Source of the DNA: an uncultured Chloroflexia bacterium
GTDB taxonomy: Bacteria > Chloroflexota > Limnocylindria > Limnocylindrales > CSP1-4
Reading direction: 5' to 3'
Assembly (NCBI GenBank): GCA_963778025.1
Contig: CAVZTA010000016.1
Coordinates: forward strand, 132,609-196,608
DNA length: 64,000 bases
In this document: positions 9,119 through 17,756 of the stretch, piece after piece
Layout of the letters: every line of letters starts with the position of its first letter
How positions within the stretch are numbered: the stretch's first letter is position 1
Made by a program: the position numbers and the translations under genes
Notes under the pieces: generated by a model
Told to the model about the DNA's origin: nothing
Databases searched by the model: none
Seen by the model: only the letters and a program-made list of their open reading frames with translations

Positions 9119-10604
9119 TCAGGCCCGCCGGAACCAGGGCTGCAGCGCGGGATAGAGCTCGCGATACGCGGCGTGGATGTCGCGATAGCGCGCGGCGTCG
9201 GGGCCGGGACTCGCGACCGGGGTCGTCCGGATGCCGGCGGTCGCCTTCGCCACCGTCGTCGTACCAGCCCGCGCCCGACGGCCGCCAGGAGCGCCGCGCC
9301 GTACGCCGCGCCCTCCGTCGTCTCGACCGTGGCGATCTCCGCGTCCAGGACATCGGCGAGGATGCGGCGCCAGACCGGGCTGGCCGTGCCGCCACCGGAC
9401 GCGCGGATCGTCGACGGGTGCGCGATGCCCGCGTCGACCATCAGGTCGAGGCCGTCCCGGAGGCCGAACGCGACGCCCTCGAGCACCGCCCGGGTGAGGT
9501 GCGCTCGGCCGTGCGTGAGCGAGAGCCCGACGAACGCGCCGCGGGCATCGGGATCCGGGTGCGGCGAGCGCTCGCCGGAGAGGTACGGCAGGAACACGAG
9601 GCCCTCGGAACCCGGCGCGACCGACGCGGCCTCCTCGACCAGCGGGCCGAACGCCTCGCCGGGCGCGATCGCGTCGCGATACCAGCGCAGCGAGCCGGCG
9701 GCCGACAGCATCACCGACATCAGATGCCAGCGTCCGGGCGCCGCGTGGCAGAACGCGTGGACGCGACCCTCGGGCTCGTAGAGCGGGCGATCGGTCGCGG
9801 CGAAGATCACGCCCGACGTGCCCAGGCTCAGGGCGACGACCCCCGGGTCCACCGCACCCACGCCGACGCCATTCGCGCTCTGGTCGCCGCCGCCGGCCAT
9901 GACCGGGGTGCCGACCCGGAGCCCGGTCTGCGTCGGCCGCTGCCTGCGAGATCCCGCCGGTCACCGCCGGTCCCTCGAACGTCGGCGGGAGCCATGCAGG
10001 GTCGATCCCGAGCGCCGACACCATCTCGGGCGACCAGTCGCGCGCCGAGAGCTCGAACAACTGCGTCCCGGACCCGTCCGCCTTGTCCATCGCGTGCTCC
10101 CCGGTGAGCCGGAGCCGCACGTAGTCCTTGGGCAGGAGCACATGCGCCGCCCGGGACCAGACCTCCGGCTCGTGGTCGCGGACCCAGACGAGCTTGGGAG
10201 CGGTGAACCCGGTGAGCGCGTCGTTGCCGGTGATCTCGACGAGACGCTGCCTTGCCGATCGTGGCGCGCATCCAGTCGCACTCCGCGGCGGTGCGCTGGT
10301 CGTTCCACAGGATCGCGGGCCGAAGGACCTCGTCGGCCGCATCGAGCAGCACCAACCCGTGCATCTGCCCGGTCAGGCCGATGGCGACCACGTCGAGGGG
10401 CGGCGTCGCGGTGCGCGCCAGGACCTCACGGATCGCGGCGATCGTCCCGTCCCACCAGAGCCGCGGGTCCTGCTCGCTCCAGCCCGGGTGCGGGATCTCG
10501 AAGCCATACTCGGCCGAGCCCACGCCCAGCACGCGCCCGTCCTCGCCGACGAGGACGGCCTTCGTGGCCGTGGTCGAGGTGTCGATGCCGAGGACGACGC
10601 CCAT
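9119..10604 (-). CDS. xylB: xylulokinase; four frame disruptions in this sequence (pseudogene or assembly error)
   Basis: FGGY-kinase blocks are spread over four frames: MGVVLGIDTSTTATKAVLV...ECDWMRATIG, then QRLVEITGNDALTGFTAPKLVWV...GGISQAAAD, then QTGLRVGTPVMAGGGDQSANG...EGAAYGAALLAAVG, then AGWYDD, then VAKATAGIRTT...YPALQPWFRRA*. Shifts are at about 10251, 9932, 9274 and 9255. Confidence 0.8.
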
Positions 10605-10622
10605 GACGCGCGCGTCGCCGGC

Positions 10623-11984
10623 CTATCGAGCCGCGGCTTCCACCCGTGATCGATCGCCCGCCCAGAGGACGCGGTTGACCTCGTTCTCGAGGTGCTCCTG
10701 GTGCCCCGACCGCGGCGACGGATCGATCTCGCCCGCGGCGACCTTCGCCTCCAGGGAGGCGAGCGTCTCCGTGCCATCGAGGATCGCCGTCCCGAGCGGC
10801 CCGGCCCAGCCCGCGTAGCGCGCCTCGAGGGGCGCGGACAGCGTCTCGCGCTCCAGGAGGTCGGCGGCGACCAGCAGCGCACGGGCCAGGGTGTCGATGC
10901 CGCCGATGTGGGCGAGGAACAGGTCGGTGCGGTCGGTGCTCTGGCGCCGGAGCTTCGCGTCGAAGTTGAAGCCGCCGGTGGTGAGTCCGCCGCCCCGCAG
11001 GATCTCGTAGATCGGGAGTGCCAGGTCCTCGACCGAGTTCGGGAACTGATCGGTGTCCCAGCCGTTCTGCGGGTCGCCGCGGTTCGCGTCGATGCTGCCC
11101 AGGATGCCGTGAGCGACCGCGTACGCGACCTCGTGGTGGAACGAGTGACCCGCGAGCGTCGCGTGGTTGGCCTCGATGTTCAGGCGGTACTCGTCCTCGA
11201 GGCCGTTCCGGACGAGGAAGCCATGGATGGTCGCCGAGTCGTAGTCGTACTGGTGCTTCGTCGGCTCCATGGGCTTGGGCTCGATGAGCAGCGTGCCCGC
11301 GAACCCGATCCGGTGCTTGTGCTCCGCGACGAGGTGGAGGAAGCGGGCCAGCTGGTCGCCTTCACGTCGGAGGTCGGTGTTCAGGAGCGTGTCGTAGCCT
11401 TCGCGCCCACCCCACAGGACATAGTTCGTGCCACCCAGCCGCTGCGTGACCTCCAGCATGTGCTTGACCTGGGCCGCGGCGTAGGCGAAGACCTCGGGAT
11501 CGGGGTTCGTGGCCGCGCCACCCTGGTACCGCGGATGGGTGAACAGGTTGGCCGTGCCCCACAGGAGCTGCGCGCCGGTCTGCTCCTGGTAGCGAAGCGC
11601 GTCGTCGGTCAGCGCGTCCAGGTTGTCGCGGAACTCGGCGAACGAGCGGCCCTCTGGGGCGACGTCTCGATCGTGGAAGCAGTAGTACGGCATGCCGAGC
11701 TTCGCGATGAACTCGAACGCGACGGCCAACTTCTGGCGGGCCGCCGGCATCGGCTCGGCGGCCGGGTCCAGCCACGGCCGGTCGAGCGTCCCGACACCGA
11801 ACATGTCGCGCCCGTCCCACGCGAACGAGTGCCAGAGGCAGACGCCGATCCGCAGGTGGTCCGCCATCCGCTTGCCGAGGACCATGCGATCGGGCTCGTA
11901 GACCCGGAACGCGAGCGGATCAGCGCCGTCCAGCCCGCCGAAGCCGATCGGTCCGCTGACCTCGGTGAAGAACGGCTCGCCCAC
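10623..11984 (-). CDS. xylA: xylose isomerase
   Basis: Hallmark blocks [51 protein letters not shown] and [11 protein letters not shown] 11984 is preceded by AGGAGGGAG. The GTG 12035 start in the track lies inside the promoter-like motif. Confidence 0.9.
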   Translation of the reverse strand: MGEPFFTEVSGPIGFGGLDGADPLAFRVYEPDRMVLGKRMADHLRIGVCLWHSFAWDGRDMFGVGTLDRPWLDPAAEPMPAARQKLAVAFEFIAKLGMPYYCFHDRDVAPEGRSFAEFRDNLDALTDDALRYQEQTGAQLLWGTANLFTHPRYQGGAATNPDPEVFAYAAAQVKHMLEVTQRLGGTNYVLWGGREGYDTLLNTDLRREGDQLARFLHLVAEHKHRIGFAGTLLIEPKPMEPTKHQYDYDSATIHGFLVRNGLEDEYRLNIEANHATLAGHSFHHEVAYAVAHGILGSIDANRGDPQNGWDTDQFPNSVEDLALPIYEILRGGGLTTGGFNFDAKLRRQSTDRTDLFLAHIGGIDTLARALLVAADLLERETLSAPLEARYAGWAGPLGTAILDGTETLASLEAKVAAGEIDPSPRSGHQEHLENEVNRVLWAGDRSRVEAAAR

Positions 11985-12024
11985 GTCCGACTCCCTCCTG
12001 GCGCGGCTGCTCCGCGGTTCGTCC

Positions 12025-12035
12025 AACGCTAGCAC
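12025..12035 (-). promoter_or_regulatory. extended -10-like element GTGCTAGCGTT upstream of xylA, followed by CGAACC box
   Basis: The minus strand reads GATCAGTGCTAGCGTTGGACGAACCGCGG..., about 40 nt before the AGGAGGGAG RBS and GTG 11984. Confidence 0.45.
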
Positions 12036-12065
12036 TGATCGATGACGCCGCCGCCGTCGCGGACC

Positions 12066-12869
12066 TCAGCCGCCGACGGCGCTGCCCACGAAGGCGACCC
12101 GGACGCGTCGCGAACGCACCCGACCCGTGACACGGACCGTCGCGCCCTCGACCGTGCCGACCGTCGAGCGGCCACGGGACGGTGACCCGTCACCGAGCGG
12201 AGACCCGACGCGGACGGCGTAGTCGCCGTCGGGCGGCAGGGCGACCGGCATCGGGAACGTCAGGCGCGTCCCGTCGCGCTCCGGCTCGGCGTCGCCGACG
12301 ATCGCATGGGCACGACCGAGCAGGGTGGCCGCACCTCGGAGATCGCCACGGGCGATCGCGGCCCGGATGTCGCTCGAGCGGACCGCGGCACCGCCGATGA
12401 CGAACGGCGGGACGATCGCCACGTCCCAGGCCGGATCGGCGGTCGCGCCGAGGGCCGCCAGCGTGTCCGGCGTGCCACCCCGCTGGTACCCGAACGCGGC
12501 GTCGGGGGTCATGAGGAAGCCGGCGAGCTCGGCGCGGTCGGTGAGCATCTCGACGAACGCGTCGTAGGGCGTCTCGCGGAGCGCCCGGTCGAAGTGCTGG
12601 ACGACGGTGACGTCGATGCCCGCTCGGGCGAGCCGGGTGACGCGCTCCTGCGGGTCGATCAGCAGCGGCGGAGCGGACCCAGTGAGGATCTCGTCGGGGT
12701 GGGCGTCGAACGTGATGACCGCCGGATGGGCGTCGCGCCGTGCCGCTTCCGCGACGAGCCGGCGGAGGAGGTACGCATGTCCGCGATGGAGCCCGTCGAA
12801 CACGCCCACCACCACGAACAGCCGGCCGTGGCGTGGACGGAGCTGCGCGAGGCCCTCGACGACGTCCAT
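12066..12869 (-). CDS. ribF: FAD synthetase (RibF) with short, degenerate riboflavin-kinase-like C-domain
   Basis: N-domain motifs VVGVFDGLHRGHAYLL and ITFDAHP. In the C-domain, the position of the kinase PTAN motif reads LTFPMPVAL, and the protein ends about 40 aa earlier than typical RibF. Canonical position after truB. Confidence 0.75.
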   Translation of the reverse strand: MDVVEGLAQLRPRHGRLFVVVGVFDGLHRGHAYLLRRLVAEAARRDAHPAVITFDAHPDEILTGSAPPLLIDPQERVTRLARAGIDVTVVQHFDRALRETPYDAFVEMLTDRAELAGFLMTPDAAFGYQRGGTPDTLAALGATADPAWDVAIVPPFVIGGAAVRSSDIRAAIARGDLRGAATLLGRAHAIVGDAEPERDGTRLTFPMPVALPPDGDYAVRVGSPLGDGSPSRGRSTVGTVEGATVRVTGRVRSRRVRVAFVGSAVGG

Positions 12870-13870
12870 CAGCCGGGCGTCGCCCCGGTCTCGGCCGGCG
12901 CGGCGATCGTCGCAGCCTCCGTCCCGATCCAGCGGTCGACGAGGACCTTGTCGGGTGCCAGCCGGCCGCCATCGACGTGCCCGATGGCGACGATCGGTCC
13001 GTCGACCACCCGGATGCGGACGACGGGCGCCTCGCTGGTCGCGTCATCGAGGACCGCCACGGCGCGCACGGGCAGCCCCGCGGCGAGACGCGGCACGTCG
13101 TGCTCGGCGATGTCCGCGGCGGGCAGGTGCTCCAGGCCGGCATCGACCGGCCGCAGGAGGCGCTGCACGGCCTCGAGCCCGTCATTCGCGGCCTCCCGAA
13201 GCGTGTCAAGGGGCAGCGCGTCGTCGATGGTGAACGAGCCTGCCCGGGTCCGCGCCAGCGCGCCGAGATACGCGGCGTTGCCCAGCGCCTCACCGAGGTC
13301 GCGCGCGAGCGAGCGGATGTAGGTCCCAGCCGAGCAGGAGACATCGACGACCGCGATGGGCCTCGCGGGGTCGCTGGCATCCCACTCGACCAGGCGCAGC
13401 GAGTGGATGGTCACGCTGCGCGGGGCGAGCTCGGGCGTGACGCCCGCCCGCGCGAGCGCGTATGCCCGACGACCGGCGACCTGGACCGCCGAGAACGCGG
13501 GCGGCACCTGGGACAGCTCCCCGAGGAACCGCGGCAGTGCAGCCTCGACCGCGGCGCGGTCGGGTGCGGGGCCCGGCGCGGGCGTGCGTTCGCCCTCCAG
13601 GTCGTCCGTGGTCGAGCCCTCGCCGAAGCAGATCGTGGCCGTGTAGCCCTTCCGGTCGCCGAGGTGGTACTCCGCGAGTCGTGTGGCGTGGCCGAGGAAG
13701 ACCGGCAGCACCCCGGACGCGAACGGATCGAGGGTGCCGCCATGCCCGACCCGGCGAGTCGCGGACAGCCGCCGGACGAGCGCCACCACGTCGTGCGAGG
13801 TCGGGCCCGCCGGCTTCGCGACGACGAGGACCCCGTCGAGGCCCGGCGGCCGCGGGCCGCGCGGACTCAG
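12869..13870 (-). CDS. truB: tRNA pseudouridine(55) synthase
   Basis: AKPAGPTSHDVV and the catalytic-Asp block GHGGTLDPFASGVL, inside ORF 12869..14464. There is no ATG/GTG/TTG at the expected start. CTG 13870 overlaps the nrnA stop (CTGA). The stop overlaps the ribF ATG. Confidence 0.8.
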   Translation of the reverse strand: MSPRGPRPPGLDGVLVVAKPAGPTSHDVVALVRRLSATRRVGHGGTLDPFASGVLPVFLGHATRLAEYHLGDRKGYTATICFGEGSTTDDLEGERTPAPGPAPDRAAVEAALPRFLGELSQVPPAFSAVQVAGRRAYALARAGVTPELAPRSVTIHSLRLVEWDASDPARPIAVVDVSCSAGTYIRSLARDLGEALGNAAYLGALARTRAGSFTIDDALPLDTLREAANDGLEAVQRLLRPVDAGLEHLPAADIAEHDVPRLAAGLPVRAVAVLDDATSEAPVVRIRVVDGPIVAIGHVDGGRLAPDKVLVDRWIGTEAATIAAPAETGATPG

Positions 13871-14910
13871 CGGACCACCTCGGCGGCCAGCCGGCGCGCC
13901 ACCTCCAGCACGGCCTCCCGGGCTTCGGGAAGCGGTCGGGCGACGGTCGCCCCCGCGGCACGCGCGTGACCCCCACCGCCGAACACGCCCGTCAGCACCG
14001 TCGCGTCCACTCCGCCGGGCTTGGTCCGGACGCTGATGCGCGTGTCCGCCGGGCCCGCCTGCTTGAACACGATGGCGACCTCGGCGGCCTCGGCCTGCGA
14101 CAGGAGATCGATGATCCCCTCGGAGTGTGCGCGGAGCGAGCCCGTCGCCTCGTAGTCGCCGTCGAGCAGGCTCGTCCAGACGACGCGTCCATCGGGCGTG
14201 GTCTCGAGGCGGTCGAGCACACGGCCGAAGAGCCGGAGCTGCGCGTCGGGCTTGGTCCGGTAGAGCCGGCGGCTGATCTCGGACAGCGGTGCGCCGGCCG
14301 CGACCAGGGCTGCGGACACCGTCAGCGTGCGAGGTGTGGCGTTGGGATGGGCGAACGTCGCCGTGTCCATGACGATGCCGGCCATCAGCGCGGTCGCGAG
14401 CGCGCCATCGTCGGCGTCGAGGGGGACCCCGACCCGTGCCGCGAGCAGCGCGACCATCTCGCACGTGGCCGCGGCATGCGGCTCGATCCAGTCGGCGTCG
14501 CCTGTCGCGTCGTTGGACACGTGATGGTCGATGGTGATCCGTGGCGTGGCCGCGAAGAGGTCGGCATGACGCTCGCCGATCGCGCCGATCCGCTGCGTGG
14601 TGGCGCAGTCGACGAGGACGACGAGGTCGTACGTCACGCCGGGCTCGGGGTCCTGGCGGACGGTCTCGATGCCGGGCAGGAAGTCGTAGATGGCCGGGGG
14701 AGGATCGGTGGAGGCGGCGGTCGCCTCGCCGCCCAGCGCACGCACGATCGTTCGCACGCCGAGGGCGGCGCCCAGCGTGTCGGCATCGGGGTTCTCGTGG
14801 CTCACGAGGAGGATCCGGCGCGCCTCACGGAGGCGCGCGACGAGCGCCTCGGGGACGGCGGAGGTGTAGGCGGAGAGGTCGACCGCCGGTCCCGGCACGG
14901 TCGCGGTCAT
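13867..14910 (-). CDS. nrnA: DHH/DHHA1 bifunctional oligoribonuclease / pAp phosphatase
   Basis: DHH motifs (LLVSHENPDADTLGAA, TIDHHVSN) and DHHA1 (FGGGGHARAAG). The position after rbfA is as in actinobacteria. Confidence 0.85.
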   Translation of the reverse strand: MTATVPGPAVDLSAYTSAVPEALVARLREARRILLVSHENPDADTLGAALGVRTIVRALGGEATAASTDPPPAIYDFLPGIETVRQDPEPGVTYDLVVLVDCATTQRIGAIGERHADLFAATPRITIDHHVSNDATGDADWIEPHAAATCEMVALLAARVGVPLDADDGALATALMAGIVMDTATFAHPNATPRTLTVSAALVAAGAPLSEISRRLYRTKPDAQLRLFGRVLDRLETTPDGRVVWTSLLDGDYEATGSLRAHSEGIIDLLSQAEAAEVAIVFKQAGPADTRISVRTKPGGVDATVLTGVFGGGGHARAAGATVARPLPEAREAVLEVARRLAAEVVR

Positions 14911-15458
14911 CGCCGCGTCCGCCGGTGCGACCGTCCCGCGGCGCGACCCGGGTCGCGGTCATGGGACGCGGTGCGCCGGCCACGGCGGCGCGACGAGGTG
15001 TCGTCGACGGGTGCCTCATCCGGCGCCGCCTCGGCATCGGCGGCGTCGCCCTCGTGGGGCAGGCGCAGCACGGGCGTCGGGAGCGATTCGCCGGCGGTCG
15101 GCGTGGCATCGGGGTCGCGGCCCTCCTCGAGCTCGGTGATGAGCTTCAGGACGCGGGTGCCGCGCTCGGCGGTGTCGTCGAGGCGGACGTGGAGCTCCGG
15201 GATGCGCTTCAATCGCAACCGGTGGCCCAGCTCCCGCCGGATGAACGGCATCGCCTGCTGCAGCGCCCGCACGGTCTCGGTCCGCTCACCGGTCTGCCCG
15301 ATGACGCTGACCCAGACCTTGGCATGCCGAAGATCGGGTGCGGTCTCCACGTCGGTGATGGTCGCGAACCCGATGCGTGGGTCCGCGACCTCCTTCGTGA
15401 GCAACGCCCCGATCTCCTGCCGAAGCAGCTCGTCGATGCGGTCAGTCCGTTGCGTCAT
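14907..15458 (-). CDS. rbfA: ribosome-binding factor A with acidic/Arg-rich C-terminal tail
   Basis: RbfA core (RIDELLRQEIGALLTKEVADPRIGFATITDVETAPDLRHAKVWVSV) plus a low-complexity tail of about 65 aa. ATGA overlap with nrnA. Confidence 0.85.
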   Translation of the reverse strand: MTQRTDRIDELLRQEIGALLTKEVADPRIGFATITDVETAPDLRHAKVWVSVIGQTGERTETVRALQQAMPFIRRELGHRLRLKRIPELHVRLDDTAERGTRVLKLITELEEGRDPDATPTAGESLPTPVLRLPHEGDAADAEAAPDEAPVDDTSSRRRGRRTASHDRDPGRAAGRSHRRTRR

Positions 15459-15473
15459 CCCGCGGACGGTCGA

Positions 15474-17375
15474 TCAGGAGGCGATCCTGGTCTGCATCTG
15501 GAGGGTGTAGCACTCGAGGATGTCGCCTTCCTCGATGTCGTTGACGCTGGCCAGGCCGATGCCGCATTCGAAGTTGGCCGCGACCTCGCGGACGTCGTCC
15601 CGGAAGCGCCGGAGCGAGTCGATCCGGTCGGTCGCGACGACCTTGCCCGCGCGGTAGACCCGGACGTTGCCGGTCCGGACGATCCGGCCCTCGGTGACGT
15701 ACGAGCCCGCGATGACCGTGCTCTTGCCCACCCGGAAGATCTGGCGGACCTCGGCGCGGCCCTCGATGACCTCCACCTCGACCGGCTCGAGCATGCCCGC
15801 CAGCGCCGCCTGGACGTCGTCGGTGAGCTTGTAGATGATGTCGTACATCCGGACGTCGACGCCCTCGGCCTCGGCGGCTCGCCGCGCCGTGTCGGTGATC
15901 TTCGTATTGAAGCCGACCACGATCGCGTTCGACGCCGACGCCAGCAGGATGTCGTTGTCGGTGATGTCGCCGGCGCCCTCGAGGAGGACGTTGATCTTCA
16001 CCTCGTCCGAGTCCAGCTGCTGCAGCGCGTGGGTGATCGCCCCGAGCGAGCCCGAGACATCGGCCTTGAGGACGATCCGCAGCTCCTTGCTCTGGCCGGC
16101 CTGGATCTGCCGGTAGAGGTCCTCGAGCGTCGCCCGGCCACCCGCGCCGTTCGCCTCGGCCTGGGCGGCGATGCGCTGCTCGACCGCGGTGCGAGCGGCC
16201 TTCTCGTCGGCCACGACGCGCAGGATGTCGCCCGCCTCCGGCACCTCGTTGAGGCCGAGGAGGACGACCGCGCTCGCCGGGCCGGCCTTCTGGGCGCGCT
16301 TGCCGGCGGCGTTCTCGAGCGCCTTGACCTTGCCCCACGTGTTGCCGACGGTGACGATGTCGCCGACCTTGAGCGTGCCGGTCTGGACGACGGTCGTCGC
16401 GATCGGGCCGCGGAACTTGTCCATCTGCGCTTCGATGACCGTGCCCACGGCGTCCCGCTTGGGGTTCGCCTTGAGCTCCTGGAGATCGGCCACGAGGTTG
16501 ATCATCTCGAGCAGCTCGGGCAGGCCCTGCCCCGTGCGCGCCGAGACGGCGACCATGGGCGTATCGCCGCCGTATTCCTCGACGACGATGCCGGCCTCGG
16601 TGAGCTCGGTCTTGACCCGGTCGGGGTTGGAGTCGGCCTTGTCGATCTTGTTGAGCGCGATGATGATCGGCACCTTCGCGGCCTTCGCGTGCTGGATCGC
16701 CTCCAGCGTCTGGGGCATCACCCCGTCATCAGCCGCGACCACGACGATCGCGATATCGGTGACCTTCGCGCCGCGGGCGCGCATCGCCGTGAACGCCTCG
16801 TGGCCCGGCGTGTCGAGGAACACGATGCGCTTGTCGCCGGCCATCACCTCGGATGCACCGATGTGCTGGGTGATGCCGCCCCGCTCGCCCGCCGCGACGG
16901 TCGTCGAGCGGATGGCGTCGAGGAGGCTCGTCTTGCCGTGGTCGACGTGGCCCATGACGGTCACGATCGGCGCGCGCGGCTGCAGGTCCTGCTCGTCGTC
17001 CTCGAACAGGACCTCCTTGGTCGCCGCCTCGGGCTTGCCCTCGGCCTCGCCCTCGGTCCCGTTCGTGCTCTCCGTCACGGTGGGCTCGGCGATCTCATAG
17101 CCGAGCTCGCTGGCCACCAGGGACGCCGTCTCGCGGTCGATGAGCTGGTTGATCGTGGCGAAGATGCCGCTCTTGATGAGCTCGCGGATGATGTCCGCGG
17201 GGTTCACCGCGAGCAGGTCCGCGAGCTCCTTGACGGTGATCGTCGACGGCAGCTCGATCGCGCCGCGCTCGCGCGGATCCGCGACCTGGACCGCCGCCTG
17301 CGTGAACCCGCCATCTCGCCGCGGCGGCTTCCGCGGCCCGCGTCGGCCGCGGGTGCCACTCCTACTTCGTGCCAT
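15474..17375 (-). CDS. infB: translation initiation factor IF-2 (short N-terminal region)
   Basis: G-domain ([29 protein letters not shown]) and a conserved C-domain. ATG 17375 is preceded by GGAGGAG. Confidence 0.95.
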   Translation of the reverse strand: MARSRSGTRGRRGPRKPPRRDGGFTQAAVQVADPRERGAIELPSTITVKELADLLAVNPADIIRELIKSGIFATINQLIDRETASLVASELGYEIAEPTVTESTNGTEGEAEGKPEAATKEVLFEDDEQDLQPRAPIVTVMGHVDHGKTSLLDAIRSTTVAAGERGGITQHIGASEVMAGDKRIVFLDTPGHEAFTAMRARGAKVTDIAIVVVAADDGVMPQTLEAIQHAKAAKVPIIIALNKIDKADSNPDRVKTELTEAGIVVEEYGGDTPMVAVSARTGQGLPELLEMINLVADLQELKANPKRDAVGTVIEAQMDKFRGPIATTVVQTGTLKVGDIVTVGNTWGKVKALENAAGKRAQKAGPASAVVLLGLNEVPEAGDILRVVADEKAARTAVEQRIAAQAEANGAGGRATLEDLYRQIQAGQSKELRIVLKADVSGSLGAITHALQQLDSDEVKINVLLEGAGDITDNDILLASASNAIVVGFNTKITDTARRAAEAEGVDVRMYDIIYKLTDDVQAALAGMLEPVEVEVIEGRAEVRQIFRVGKSTVIAGSYVTEGRIVRTGNVRVYRAGKVVATDRIDSLRRFRDDVREVAANFECGIGLASVNDIEEGDILECYTLQMQTRIAS

Positions 17376-17720
17376 GTGGTGCTCCTCCTGATCCCTCGCC
17401 CGTCGCCTCGGCGCCGGTGGGTGTCGCTGTCGTGTCGTTCGTCTTCGTGTTCGTGGTCATGATGTGGTGCGTGGGCCCGGCCGCGAGCGTCGCCCGGAGG
17501 ACCTCCGGGAGGGGGCTCGCCACGGCCCGGTCGAGCGTGCCGCGCTTGAGCGCCCCGGTCCAGCACGCGGCGTCGCGGCAGAGGTAGGCGCCTCGGCCGT
17601 TGGCGCGTCCGGTCGGATCCAGCTCGACCCGTCCGTCGGGCGTCCGGACGACCCGGACGAGGTCTCGTTTGTCACGCGCCGTCCGGCAGACGACGCAGCT
17701 GCGTGTCGGGACCCGCCGTG
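17363..17720 (-). CDS. ylxR: YlxR/DUF448 RNA-binding protein; 5' end undefined (no canonical start codon in frame)
   Basis: Absent from the ORF track. The frame ending at TAG 17363-17365 reads ...PTRSCVVCRTARDKRDLVRVVRTPDGRVELDPTGRANGRGAYLCRDAACWTGALKRGTLDRAV..., the YlxR signature. Canonical nusA-ylxR-infB position. The 3' end overlaps the infB start by about 13 nt. Confidence 0.75.
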
Positions 17721-17756
17721 CGGGACCCGGGCGACCGGCGCGGACCGCGGTCGAGC

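Noticed and set aside
4157-12065. The xylose block as a horizontally acquired island or mobile insertion next to ribF
   Set aside because: There is no integrase, transposase, tRNA target, flanking direct repeats or visible compositional break. By eye, GC and codon style match the core genes.
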